The position numbers and the translations under genes are program-made. From Planctomycetota bacterium (GTDB lineage Bacteria > Planctomycetota > SZUA-567 > H5-PLA8), in the NCBI GenBank assembly GCA_038227875.1, contig JBBRPR010000002.1, forward strand, positions 192,001 to 256,000: a DNA stretch of 64,000 nt. The letters are read 5' to 3'. Below, piece by piece: positions 9,438 through 20,948 of this stretch. The notes below the pieces were generated by a model, which saw nothing but the letters and a program-made list of their open reading frames with translations, had not been told where the DNA came from and made no database searches. Positions within the stretch are counted from its first letter, which is position 1; each line of letters starts with the position of its first letter.

Positions 9438-10091
9438 TTAGACGCCGCGCGCCGCGCGGATGGCGGCGGTGAAGTGCTTGGCGACTTCCGTCATGCCGGC
9501 CCAGTCCTTGGCCTGCAGGCGTTTCTGATCGAAGAGCGCGCCGCCGGCTCCGACCGCGAAGGCGCCGGCCTTCAGGAATTCCCCGACGTTGCGTTCATCG
9601 ACGCCGCCGGTCGGCATCAGCGGGATGCTCGGGTACGGTCCGCGCAGGCTGCGGATGTACGCCGGGCCGCCCACGTTGGCCGGGAAAATTTTGACTGCAT
9701 CCGCGCCCATGTCCCACGCGCGCAGCACTTCCGTCGGCGTCAGCGCGCCGGGGAGCATCGGGACGCCCAGCCGCTTGGCCGCGCCGATCACCTTTTCATC
9801 GGTGTTCGGAGCGATCAGGTAGGTCGCGCCCGCGTCGACGGCATCTTCGGCCTGTTCGGGGGTCAGGACAGTGCCGGCGCCCAGCAGCACGCTTTCGCCC
9901 AGATCGTGTTTGACGCGGCGAATCACACTCGGCGCACCGGGCACGGTGAAGGTTACTTCGACGGCGCGAATGCCGCCTTCGACGACCGCGCGAATGCCGT
10001 TGACGGCCTCGTCTTCCGTCTCGCAGCGGACGACCAGGACGCAGCCAAGTTCGCCAATCCGTTTGAGAATCGCTTTACCGTTTCCGCTCAT
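9438..10091 (-). CDS. eda: KDPG/KHG aldolase
   Basis: GGIRAVEVT, GAGTVL, PGALTPTE, VKIFPA, PTGGV. Confidence 0.9.
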   Translation of the reverse strand: MSGNGKAILKRIGELGCVLVVRCETEDEAVNGIRAVVEGGIRAVEVTFTVPGAPSVIRRVKHDLGESVLLGAGTVLTPEQAEDAVDAGATYLIAPNTDEKVIGAAKRLGVPMLPGALTPTEVLRAWDMGADAVKIFPANVGGPAYIRSLRGPYPSIPLMPTGGVDERNVGEFLKAGAFAVGAGGALFDQKRLQAKDWAGMTEVAKHFTAAIRAARGV

Positions 10092-10212
10092 GGGCGTCTC
10101 CTCGTGGGGTGGGGTGCAGGCGGTACTTTTACCACAGGGCTGACGCTGTGAGTAGCGTTGAATTTTCGCGATCCTGCGACAGCGCATGAGCAAGGAAATT
10201 CAGCCCAACCAC

Positions 10213-10241
10213 TTGACTTAGTGTCAATAATACACTATAGT
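10213..10241 (+). promoter_or_regulatory. Sigma70-type promoter with an overlapping inverted repeat
   Basis: TTGACT-17 bp-TATAGT; TTGAC-N5-GTCAA palindrome at 10213-10227; AAGGAG RBS before the ATG at 10271. Confidence 0.7.
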
Positions 10242-10270
10242 GAAAGTGGATACTTAAGGAGACGAAGATC

Positions 10271-11524
10271 ATGCTTGGACTACGAACGATCAAACAAGGC
10301 GACAAGGTCATGGTGTGGAGCAAATCGGGGCGCGCGGAGATTGTCGACGGGCCGCGGCGCATGCTGCTGATCGGCCAGACGGTCGAACCCCTGCGGCGCG
10401 TCTCGGCGACGCCGTCTCAATACCTGGTCGTGCGCTTTAAAGATGGGCGCAAGGAACACGTCCGCGGACCGGCTTCGGTCTGGTTCGATCCGATTCAACA
10501 CGACGCCATTGCCGTGGAAGAGGCCATTGCCATTGACGGCAACGAAGCGCTGGTGGTCTACCGCCAGGATGCGCAGACCGTCGCCCGCCGCGTGGTGAAA
10601 GGGCCAGAATTATTTGTGCCGCAGGCGAACGAGTGGTTGCATCAGTTCTCCTGGCACGGCACTGCGCCGGTGGCAGCGGGAGTGGGAGGCACGCGCGGCG
10701 GCACCGCCGGCGGCGTGATCCACCGCAAGATTCCCTCGGCGCTCAAGTTTTTCAAACTGCGCGTCATTCCCGATCAGCTCTACTTCGACGTGGAAGACGT
10801 ACGCACGGCCGACGACGCCCTGCTGCTGGTCAAGCTGATGCTCTTCTTTGAGCTCACCGACTTCGACGTGATGCTCGACCAGACGCACGACCCGATCGCC
10901 GACTTCATCAACGCGGTCAACGCGGACATCGTCGATTTCGTCGCGGCGCATACGTTCGACGCGTTCAAAGAGCAGACCGAGCGGCTGAACGACCTGGCCA
11001 CGTACCCGCAACTGGCGCAGCGCGCGGAGCGGATCGGGTATCGCATCAACAAGGTGATCTACCGCGGTTACCACGCCAGCGAAAAGCTGCAGACCATGCA
11101 CGACGATGCGATCGAGATGCGCACCAAGCTGCGTCTGGAAGCGGAGACGGAAAATCAGGCGCAGACGCTCGCTGACCTGAAACTGCAGCGCGAAACCGTC
11201 CGCTCAGTCCAGCGCCGCGAGTTGGAGACCGAAGACGCCGCACATGCCAATCACATGCTCAAACTCAAGCACGACGAACTCCTCCGCCAGCGCGAATCGG
11301 ATCGCGAACAGGAATTGAAAACCAAACGCCTGAGCTACGAACTGGAGACCGAGCACCAGCGGGCGCTCAACGGCGAGCGCGCGGCATTTCTGACCACGAT
11401 GAAGACAATGCAGGTGGACCTCACGAAGTACCTGGTCGCTCAGTATCAGAACCCCGATCGTGTTATCCGCGTGGATAGCAACGGAAACGGAAAGACGCCA
11501 CCGCAGTTGCATCTGCATGAGTGA
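10271..11524 (+). CDS. Major vault protein-like / SPFH shoulder-domain protein with C-terminal coiled coil
   Basis: Three short beta repeats ending in V(D/R/K)GP; VRTADDALLLVKL and FVAAHTFDAF match the MVP shoulder pattern; long charged helix follows. Confidence 0.6.
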   Translation: MLGLRTIKQGDKVMVWSKSGRAEIVDGPRRMLLIGQTVEPLRRVSATPSQYLVVRFKDGRKEHVRGPASVWFDPIQHDAIAVEEAIAIDGNEALVVYRQDAQTVARRVVKGPELFVPQANEWLHQFSWHGTAPVAAGVGGTRGGTAGGVIHRKIPSALKFFKLRVIPDQLYFDVEDVRTADDALLLVKLMLFFELTDFDVMLDQTHDPIADFINAVNADIVDFVAAHTFDAFKEQTERLNDLATYPQLAQRAERIGYRINKVIYRGYHASEKLQTMHDDAIEMRTKLRLEAETENQAQTLADLKLQRETVRSVQRRELETEDAAHANHMLKLKHDELLRQRESDREQELKTKRLSYELETEHQRALNGERAAFLTTMKTMQVDLTKYLVAQYQNPDRVIRVDSNGNGKTPPQLHLHE

Positions 11525-11554
11525 GTTGGGTGACGACGGCGCACGCTCGCGGAA

Positions 11555-13339
11555 TCAGGACGCGCCTTTGGATTGCAACACGAGGTCGTCGCAAAACAAT
11601 TTTTGCAGCCCTGCATAGCCCACGGGCGGATCCTTCTGCCAGGGGATCAGCGCGGTACGATGGGCCTGATCGTGGCTGACTTCAAGAATATAGGGATGTT
11701 CACACTGCTGGCGCTCCACCAGCAGCGGATCGGTCAGTTGCAGCGGGGCGAGGCTTTGGTTGACGACCCAGGCGTACGGTTCAATGCCCGCCCGGCGCAG
11801 ATCTTTTTGAAGCTGCGCGGCTTCGTGAACTGGCGTGGCCTCGGGCAGGGTCACAATCAAGACACGCGTGAATTCAGGATCGCGCAGCCGTGGCAGCAGT
11901 TGCTCCACCGATTCGGGCATCTTGCTAGCCTGGCGCGTGACTTCCCGGTGATACGCCAGCGCCGCATCCAGCAGCAGCACGGTGTGGCCCGTCGGCGCGG
12001 TATCGAGCACGACAAACCGATCTTTTCCAGCGGCCACCGCATCGGCGAAGGCGCGAAAGACGGCGATTTCCTCCGTGCAGGGCGAGCGCAGATCTTCAGC
12101 GAGCAGCGCCTGGCCCTGCTCGTCCAAACCGGCTCCCGCCGTTTGCATGACTTCGGCCGAATAGCGTGCTGTCTCCGCCTTCGGATCGATGCGGCTGACG
12201 GAGATGTTGGGATGAACATCACTGGCGATCGTAGCGACCACGTGCGCGGCGGGATCGGTGGTAGTCAGCAGGACGTGATGCCCCAGACGCGCGAGTTCGA
12301 TGGCGATGCCGGCGGCCACCGTGGTTTTTCCCACGCCGCCTTTTCCCATGGTGAGGATCACCCCGTGCCGATGCGCCGTCAGGCCGCCCATAAGCGCGCT
12401 CAGTCCGGCCGGCAGGTGAATTGCAGTCGTTTGAATCGTCTGATCACTTCCAAGGGGTGAAATTTCCCCAATGGTGCGAAGGGCCGCGATGCCGAGGAGT
12501 CCGTGCCTGGATAAAGGAATCAGCGTTCGTGGAAGATCGCGGAGCGCGTCCGGGAGATTGGCTAACGCCAATGCACCCCGCCGCTCCATCGCCACGGCCA
12601 CGGCGTCATTCTGATCGGTCGCATGAAAGACGGCGTTGACCAGCAGATGTTGATTCGTGACGTGAAGTGCAGACAGTTCCGCGCTGGTTCGTGCCGCCTC
12701 GCGCAGCGCGCTGGCCTCCGGGCGGGCGACCAGCACCAGTGTCGTCGACTTTGGATTGGCCAAGGCCTCGACGGTCTGACGGTACAGCGTCTGCTCCGCC
12801 TGCAACCCCGCCAGCGGTCCAAGACAGGATGTCCCGGTGGTATTGGTTTTCATGAACCCGGACCATGCAGAAGGCAGGGTCAGGAGCCGCAGCGTGTGTC
12901 CGGTGGGAGCCGTATCAAACAAGACGTGATCAAAGTTTGCTGTCGCAGACGGATCGCCGAGCAGGTGCGAGAACTCGTCGAACGCCGCAATTTCCAGCGT
13001 GCACGATCCTGAGAATTGCTCCTCCATGCTTTTCACGGCTGCAGCCGGAAGGAGCGCGCGGTATGGGCCGACCATCTTTTCCCGATACGCAGCCGCGGAT
13101 GCTTCGGGATCGAGATTCATCGCAAAGAGTCGCGGCACCGCTGCGATGGGCGTGGGTTGGGGACCGAGTTTCACGCCCAGCACTTCATCCAGGTTGGACG
13201 CCGGATCGGTGGAGACCAGCAGCACGCGCTTTCCCGCGTCGGCCAATCGCACCGCGCTGGCACAGGCCAGGGAGGTCTTGCCGACTCCGCCTTTGCCGGT
13301 GAAAAATAAATGACGCGTGGGATTCTGAATCAAGTCCAT
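11555..13339 (-). CDS. arsA: Arsenical pump-driving ATPase
   Basis: Two GKGGVGKT P-loops, two DTAPTGHT signatures, metalloid-binding Cys in SGSCT, TSCLGPL and SPCTEE. Confidence 0.95.
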   Translation of the reverse strand: MDLIQNPTRHLFFTGKGGVGKTSLACASAVRLADAGKRVLLVSTDPASNLDEVLGVKLGPQPTPIAAVPRLFAMNLDPEASAAAYREKMVGPYRALLPAAAVKSMEEQFSGSCTLEIAAFDEFSHLLGDPSATANFDHVLFDTAPTGHTLRLLTLPSAWSGFMKTNTTGTSCLGPLAGLQAEQTLYRQTVEALANPKSTTLVLVARPEASALREAARTSAELSALHVTNQHLLVNAVFHATDQNDAVAVAMERRGALALANLPDALRDLPRTLIPLSRHGLLGIAALRTIGEISPLGSDQTIQTTAIHLPAGLSALMGGLTAHRHGVILTMGKGGVGKTTVAAGIAIELARLGHHVLLTTTDPAAHVVATIASDVHPNISVSRIDPKAETARYSAEVMQTAGAGLDEQGQALLAEDLRSPCTEEIAVFRAFADAVAAGKDRFVVLDTAPTGHTVLLLDAALAYHREVTRQASKMPESVEQLLPRLRDPEFTRVLIVTLPEATPVHEAAQLQKDLRRAGIEPYAWVVNQSLAPLQLTDPLLVERQQCEHPYILEVSHDQAHRTALIPWQKDPPVGYAGLQKLFCDDLVLQSKGAS

Positions 13340-13364
13340 GGTGATTGCCCTCGAGCGGGTGCGT

Positions 13365-13727
13365 TCAAGCGCAGCTGGACCCGCCACAGCAGGGACTTGG
13401 TTTCACTGCAGCCGCGGCGTAGACGTTGCCGGTAGTCCACAGTTGCAGTGTTTCGCGCGATGGATACGTGCTCTTACTGACCAGCTCTCCATTTAGAATA
13501 ATCAACGGCAGGCAATCGATGCCTTCCGTCTCCAACAGACGATGAACGGCAGGGTTCCCGGTGAAGGCTGTGGGATTCTGAGCCAGATTGTAACGTTCAA
13601 CCGTGTGCCCTTGAGCTTTGAGCCATTCCAAATCAGCTGCGAAGCGGGGCAGCACAGGATCGACCTGGGGCCCGCAGACGCCGCTCGAACAGCACATGGG
13701 CTTGTCATAAATCTGAAGAGTGATCAT
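13365..13727 (-). CDS. arsD: Arsenite metallochaperone
   Basis: YDKPMCCSSGVCGPQVD, RYNLAQNP, YPSR and C-terminal CCGGSSC. Confidence 0.95.
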   Translation of the reverse strand: MITLQIYDKPMCCSSGVCGPQVDPVLPRFAADLEWLKAQGHTVERYNLAQNPTAFTGNPAVHRLLETEGIDCLPLIILNGELVSKSTYPSRETLQLWTTGNVYAAAAVKPSPCCGGSSCA

Positions 13728-14889
13728 GGGCGGTCTCCTCAACATTCGAATCGTCGTTCAACTGATTAAACGGATGCGCGGCATCCGTCGAAACAGCAGA
13801 CTGCGGCATGCGGCCAGCGAAGGATTGATTCTGGTACGAATGCATTTTCAGCACCAGGGTGCTGCGGGCGATTTTCAGAATCTTGGCCGCCTCCGTTTTA
13901 TTCTGGTAGCACTTCTTCATCACGCCCAGGATGTGCCGCATTTCCACGTCCTGCAGCGAGTCCGACTTTTCGTCGGGCAGATTACAGACGAAGGGAATGC
14001 CCAGTTCCTCGGCTTGAATTTCACGGCCCTCGGCGAAGATCAACGCCTGTTCAATCAACGCGCGCAATTCACGGACATTCCCCGGCCAATTGTAGGCCAG
14101 TAAGACGCGTTCGGCCGCGGGCGAAAACGTATGCATGGCCTTGCCTTGCGGATTCAGAAAGTGATGCGCCAGCGGCAGGATATCTTCATGCCGTTGGCGT
14201 AGAGGTGGAACGTTCAGCGTGATGGTGGCGACCCGGTAGAACAGATCTTCGCGGAAGGTCTTGGCCCTGATGCATTCGCGGAGATCCTTGTTGGAAGCGC
14301 AGATGATCCGCGGGCTGACCTGCACATCCCGGTCGCAGCCCACGGGATGAATGATTTTTTCCTGGATCGCGCGCAACAGTTTCGTCTGCAGGTCGAATTC
14401 CAGATCGGCAATCTCGTCGAGGAAAAGCGTGCCCTGGTCGGCTTCGACAAACGAGCCATGGCGTTCGTGGTCGGCGCCCGTGAATGCACCGCGTTTGTGC
14501 CCGAACATCTCCGATTCAAAGAGATTGGCGGGTATCGCCGAGCAGTTTCGCGCGACGAAGGCCTTGCCCGCGCGCGCCGATTCCCGATGCAGCAGCAGTG
14601 CGATGCACTCCTTGCCGCTACCGGTTTCGCCTTGAATGAGAATCGACGCATCGCTGGCCGCGGCTTTCTTCGCGCGCTCAATTAAATTCAGCATGCAGGG
14701 GGAGACGGCGATCAGCTCCCCGCTGGATTGTGCACCTGGATTGACCGGCAGTCGCGGTTCGGACTTGGAATGCCGGTGGGTGGCGGGCTCCACGTCCACG
14801 CGCTGCACCGGCGAATTTCGTTCCACGTCGGGCTTAAAATCGGGTAATCGCCGTGTCCGTGGTGTGGCGATCGACTGTGTAGGCAACAT
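13705..14889 (-). CDS. Sigma54-dependent activator (Fis-type HTH, no recognisable sensor domain)
   Basis: GETGSGKE, EMFGHKRGAFTGA, LFLDEI, WPGNVREL, NKTEAAKILKIARSTL; its 3' end overlaps the arsD start. Confidence 0.9.
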   Translation of the reverse strand: MLPTQSIATPRTRRLPDFKPDVERNSPVQRVDVEPATHRHSKSEPRLPVNPGAQSSGELIAVSPCMLNLIERAKKAAASDASILIQGETGSGKECIALLLHRESARAGKAFVARNCSAIPANLFESEMFGHKRGAFTGADHERHGSFVEADQGTLFLDEIADLEFDLQTKLLRAIQEKIIHPVGCDRDVQVSPRIICASNKDLRECIRAKTFREDLFYRVATITLNVPPLRQRHEDILPLAHHFLNPQGKAMHTFSPAAERVLLAYNWPGNVRELRALIEQALIFAEGREIQAEELGIPFVCNLPDEKSDSLQDVEMRHILGVMKKCYQNKTEAAKILKIARSTLVLKMHSYQNQSFAGRMPQSAVSTDAAHPFNQLNDDSNVEETAHDHSSDL

Positions 14890-14978
14890 CGCTGCCTCCC
14901 TCCGCCTTTGGCGCTCATAAGATCGACGATTCGATAGACGTACACATCTGCAATCACAATGTAACGGAAATAAATGCC

Positions 14979-14993
14979 GCATCGGCCATGCCA
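14979..14993 (-). promoter_or_regulatory. Candidate sigma54 promoter for bEBP-arsD-arsA
   Basis: Minus strand TGGCATGGCCGATGC = GG-N10-GC; palindrome TGGAAT-TTC-ATTCCA about 100 bp upstream (15088-15102). Confidence 0.5.
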
Positions 14994-15143
14994 CGATCGC
15001 AAAGATTGTGGAATCGCACAAGTGGCGTAGTCGTTCAGTCTTGTGTCTTAACAGGTTTTCATTCTAGAAGAGTACTTGTACTAATTCTGGAATTTCATTC
15101 CACGATATGCGAATTTTGACTCTGTTTTACGGGTAATCCCGCA

Positions 15144-16454
15144 TTAAAAGTCGAGGCGGAAGTCGTGGCCGAGGTAGCGGGCGCGAGCGTCAGGATTTGC
15201 CACGATTTCGCGCGGCGGGCCGTGAATCCAGATGGTGCCTTCGTCCATAATATAGGTGCGGTCAGTGATCGTCAGCGTTTCACGCACATTATGGTCGGTC
15301 AGCAGCACACCGACGCCCTGGCTCTTCAGGTCTCGCAAAATGCCCTGAATTTCGCTCACCGCGATCGGGTCGATGCCGGCGAAGGGTTCGTCGAAAAGCA
15401 CCACGCGTGGCCGCAGGGACATGGCGCGCGCGATTTCCAGGCGGCGGCGTTCACCGCCGGAGAGCACCGACGCCATGCTCTTGCGGACGGTGTTCAAGCC
15501 GAGGTCGGAGATCAGCGATTCGAGGCGATCCAGGCGCTTTTTCTTGTCGCGTTCCTGCAGTTCCAAAATGGCGAGCAGATTTTCTTCGACCGTCAGCCGC
15601 TGAAAAATACTGGGCTGCTGCGCGAGGTAACCGATGCCGCGGTTGGCGCGTTCGTACATCGGAATGCGCGAGATGTCGCGGTTTTCGTACATGACCTTGC
15701 CCTGGTCCGGGTGGAGCAGGCCCATGATCATGCGGAACGTCGTCGTCTTTCCGGCTCCGTTGCGGCCCAGCAGTCCCACGATTTCACCCGCGCCGACTTC
15801 GATGTCCACGCCACGCACGACTTCGCGCTTGCCGAATTTCTTGCGCAACCCCGTCGCCGACAGCACGGCCTGCGGCGGAGCCGAAGGAATCTGCGCGTTG
15901 ATCTTCTGCCAGTTCATGCCCGACGGCATCGGGATGATTCCCGAGGCCAGCGGCATGTACGTCGACGGAATGCGGTTGAGCTGGCCGGACCCGGACGCCG
16001 ACAGCGTCGCCGGCATCGATCCAGACAGCGCCGGCAGATGAGAAGCCGACGCGACCGCTCCGCCGCTGGCGAAAGTGGCCATCGGGATGCCATCGGAAGG
16101 AAGCGGAGCCGACGGCCCGCCAAACGGAGAATCGGGTTCCGGCGCGAGGCGGCGCGACGACGCGGGATTCGCCGAGACCTGTGCAGCCGGCGCCGGCGGA
16201 ATCTGGATGACGGTAACCGGAGGTTCTTCCACCGGAGGGATTGGCGCGGGCGCAGGAGTCGTCACCGCGGCGTGAGTGCCATTGCCGTTTTTCGGCTCAG
16301 TCGGATCTGACGATGCCGGCGGTTCGGGCGTGAGCGGAACGGCAGTGGGCAAAGGCTCCCCAACGGGCAGCGTCTCCCCGGCCGGCGACGTCTCCCCAAC
16401 GGGCGCTTGCGCGTCCGATGGCACTGTCGTTTCCGAGGCCGATGAATCTGCCAA
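15144..16454 (-). CDS. lptB: LPS export ABC transporter ATP-binding protein with a long Pro/Ala-rich N-terminal extension (start uncertain)
   Basis: GLLGRNGAGKTT, PMYERANRGIGYLAQQPSIF, LSGGERRRLEIAR, DEPFAGIDP, TDHNVRETL, YLGHDF. Confidence 0.9.
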   Translation of the reverse strand: MADSSASETTVPSDAQAPVGETSPAGETLPVGEPLPTAVPLTPEPPASSDPTEPKNGNGTHAAVTTPAPAPIPPVEEPPVTVIQIPPAPAAQVSANPASSRRLAPEPDSPFGGPSAPLPSDGIPMATFASGGAVASASHLPALSGSMPATLSASGSGQLNRIPSTYMPLASGIIPMPSGMNWQKINAQIPSAPPQAVLSATGLRKKFGKREVVRGVDIEVGAGEIVGLLGRNGAGKTTTFRMIMGLLHPDQGKVMYENRDISRIPMYERANRGIGYLAQQPSIFQRLTVEENLLAILELQERDKKKRLDRLESLISDLGLNTVRKSMASVLSGGERRRLEIARAMSLRPRVVLFDEPFAGIDPIAVSEIQGILRDLKSQGVGVLLTDHNVRETLTITDRTYIMDEGTIWIHGPPREIVANPDARARYLGHDFRLDF

Positions 16455-16488
16455 ACCCGTTACGCTCCCTTAGGTTCCCGAATTGACC

Positions 16489-18207
16489 TTACCTTATAAT
16501 CCGGGCGCGGGACGGTGGCCATGCAATAAATGAGGCCCGCCCCACTAAATTCTCGCGCGGCACAAACCCCCACACGCGCCCATCAGAGGAAGACGGCGAA
16601 TTGTCGCCGAGCATCAAATAATATCCCTTCGGAACCGTGGCGTCGTAGCGCCCGTCCTCGTCAATGCTGCGCAAGTTCTGCTGGTTGCTGGTGATGGAGT
16701 TTCGATCCGTGCGCCAGCGGTCTTCGCGTTTGAGCTGCATCCACTTCGTATTTTCGAACTGCGGCTTGATCATCGAGGTGTGATGAAGGTCGCGATAAAG
16801 ATCCAGTTTCGTCACGCTGCCCTTGAAGCCGTCGAAGCGGACATGCGCCACGTTGTCGATGCCTTCGACCACCGCGCCGGGAATTTCGAAGTCGATCAGC
16901 CGCCGCTCGACTTCAACGCCGTCGAGCGATGCGATCACCGTCGCATCAACATAAGCCAGCGACAGCTTGTGTGCGCCCGGGCTGAGCGTCGTGGCTTTGG
17001 TCACCGGATGCACGGACGCCGTTTCCGCCGCAGCCGCGCCGCCGATCGTCCAGGACGCGCAGTGCAGCGAGTTGCCCGCTTCGATCGTGATCGTGCCGGG
17101 CGTCTGGACGTCGAGGTCCATGTCGATGCGCAGGTCGCCGACGGTCTTGTCGCCGCCATAGAAAAACTTCGCGCTGCCGGCCGTCATGATTGGACCGGAA
17201 GTGGCGTCGATGGAAATGGGAAACATCACCTGCTTGCAATTGGGACACTGCACGCCTTCCCACGTATGGAAAATGTAGGAAGTGATGTTCTCCGACTTTT
17301 CGTTGGGGTCGCGGAAGAGCGTGCCGTCGTGGCTTTTCAATTCGGGCAGATGCGCCGCGGGACAATCCTTGTGCGTGAACGGCCAGCGCCCCTGTTTCAA
17401 ATAAACGTTGCTGACGCGGTAGAGGTAATTCAAATCCACTTTGGCCGTGCCGTCGAGCACCACGGACTTCGCTTTCCGCTCGATCCCCGGCGTGCCCGTG
17501 TTCGCGCCGCTCCACGGAAACGAAATCCGCGCGCGCTCGTCTTCCGGCGCATCCTTGTAGACATCGCCGGCCCAGGCCATCGCCACGGGATACCACAAGA
17601 TCTCCTGCACTTCCGGATCGACCTGCCATTTGCGGATGATCTTGTAGACGTCCTTGCCTTCAGCCTCGGTCGCTTTCTCGTCGCGCAGCCAGAGGTCTCC
17701 GCCGGCGATCTTGATGTGATCGCCCGGCAGTCCGCAGAGGCGTTTGATGTAATTGATCTTCTCCGATTTTCCCGACGCCGAGCCGCCGGCCCAATCGGTA
17801 TCGTATTGAAATACGACGACGTCGAAACGCTGCGGCTCACCCGCGACCGCAGTGCGCGCGTACGCCAGTCCAAATGCCAACGCAACACCAAAGAAGATCA
17901 GCCCGCCAATAATCCGCGAGCGCCAGCGCAAGTACGACCGCGAAGCGAAGAACCCCACGAGAATAATAACCAGCGCGCCCGCGCCAATCGCCAGAGTCAT
18001 TCCCGGCGCCGCGTAGGCGAGCTTGTTGGTGAGGATGCGATCGCCGTAATCTTCGTGCCCAAACAGCGTCGGCTCCATCGACCCCGACGGAATCTTGAAC
18101 GGCTCAGCGATCAGGAACCGCCCATAAAGAATCGCCGCAATCAGGAGCACCAACGCAAACGTGGAGTCCCAGAAAGGCGCGGATTTGGAGTCATTATTGT
18201 CGGTCAC
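16489..18207 (-). CDS. lepB: Signal peptidase I, long form
   Basis: FKIPSGSMEPTL (catalytic Ser), NYIKRL (catalytic Lys), MLGDNSPSSSDGRVWG; directly downstream of lepA. Confidence 0.93.
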   Translation of the reverse strand: MTDNNDSKSAPFWDSTFALVLLIAAILYGRFLIAEPFKIPSGSMEPTLFGHEDYGDRILTNKLAYAAPGMTLAIGAGALVIILVGFFASRSYLRWRSRIIGGLIFFGVALAFGLAYARTAVAGEPQRFDVVVFQYDTDWAGGSASGKSEKINYIKRLCGLPGDHIKIAGGDLWLRDEKATEAEGKDVYKIIRKWQVDPEVQEILWYPVAMAWAGDVYKDAPEDERARISFPWSGANTGTPGIERKAKSVVLDGTAKVDLNYLYRVSNVYLKQGRWPFTHKDCPAAHLPELKSHDGTLFRDPNEKSENITSYIFHTWEGVQCPNCKQVMFPISIDATSGPIMTAGSAKFFYGGDKTVGDLRIDMDLDVQTPGTITIEAGNSLHCASWTIGGAAAAETASVHPVTKATTLSPGAHKLSLAYVDATVIASLDGVEVERRLIDFEIPGAVVEGIDNVAHVRFDGFKGSVTKLDLYRDLHHTSMIKPQFENTKWMQLKREDRWRTDRNSITSNQQNLRSIDEDGRYDATVPKGYYLMLGDNSPSSSDGRVWGFVPRENLVGRASFIAWPPSRARIIR

Positions 18208-18223
18208 TGAGTGGCTCCGAACA

Positions 18224-18326
18224 AATCATCACTCATCATTCATCACTCGTCATTCAGTATTCAGTATTCAGAATTCAGTTTTCGACATTCGACATTCGAC
18301 ATTCGACATTCGACATTCGACATTCG
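18224..18326 (+). repeat. Compound heptamer array: TCATCA(C/T)-like, then ATTCAG-like, then (TTCGACA)x6
   Basis: Seen directly in the lepB-lepA intergenic region; perfect copies at 18281-18322. Confidence 0.9.
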
Positions 18327-18328
18327 CG

Positions 18329-20152
<1,824 letters not shown>

Positions 20153-20371
20153 TTGGATTTCTGTTTTTCTGCGTTTAATGAAACGCGCCCGGCCAACAGC
20201 CGGGCGCAACGGAAAACATTAACTCTACCCGAAGACCCACCGGAATGCCATAGCGCGTCTTGCGATTGCGTCCTCTCCCCCTGTGCGAATCACAAAGAAG
20301 AACTAGTGTCCCCCTCGTTTGAAGTCTGCGCCCATCGGCAGATGTCGTCCATGCAGCTTGCACTCAAGAGA

Positions 20372-20533
20372 GGGTGCCACTTCGTCTCGCCGTTGAGACC
20401 CGTGCGAGAGAGACCGGGGTGAGGGGATCTGCGTGGATCGTCAAAAGGCCCACTGCGTTTGCAATTTGGACCCCTGACGTACGTCTTGCAATCCAACCGC
20501 TGGAGTGTGCCACTGGTGGCTCGACCACCAGTG
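20372..20533 (+). repeat. REP/MITE-like hairpin element, copy 1
   Basis: GGGTGCCAC..GTCTCGCCGTTGAGAC, CTGCGTTTGCAATT and GTGTGCCACTGGTGGCT..CCACCAGTG; the same blocks recur inverted at 45438-45542. Confidence 0.7.
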
Positions 20534-20644
20534 TCGACTTCACGAAGGAGGCTGCCAGTTCGATGCGCTCCGATCACGCGACTTCTCTCCTTTGGTGGAG
20601 AGAAGGGAAGCCGAGCGATTTTGAGTCCCGGCGTCAGACCGTCC

Positions 20645-20726
20645 GCCCCAACCGGGGCAAAATCTGAAAGCCAGGGGCAACGCCCCTGGAATTGACACCC
20701 GTGATTTTCAAAAGCTCTGAAAGAGC
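20645..20726 (+). repeat. REP-like triple-hairpin element
   Basis: Hairpins GCCCCAACCGGGGC, CCAGGGGCAACGCCCCTGG and GCTCTGAAAGAGC. Confidence 0.6.
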
Positions 20727-20948
20727 GAAATGCCGCCACCGATCCGCGAAACAGGACGATGTCTAATAAGGGTTGCGCCCCAGTCTGGAGCACCGCGCCA
20801 AACCAACCCGCACGGCCCCCGCCCGCCAACCATCGCTCTCGTCTTGCTCCGGAAGTTGGGTGCCATGCGTCTGAGGCCGTTTTCAGACGCATGCGTCGCG
20901 AATTGCACTTTAAGCGCGACTGTGGTCACGCCAGTATACAAATTTGAG

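Noticed and set aside
20290..20892. 200-aa ORF and overlapping ORFs between lepA and the RNAP-like gene
   Set aside because: They span REP-like hairpins, have no motifs and show atypical composition; likely non-coding
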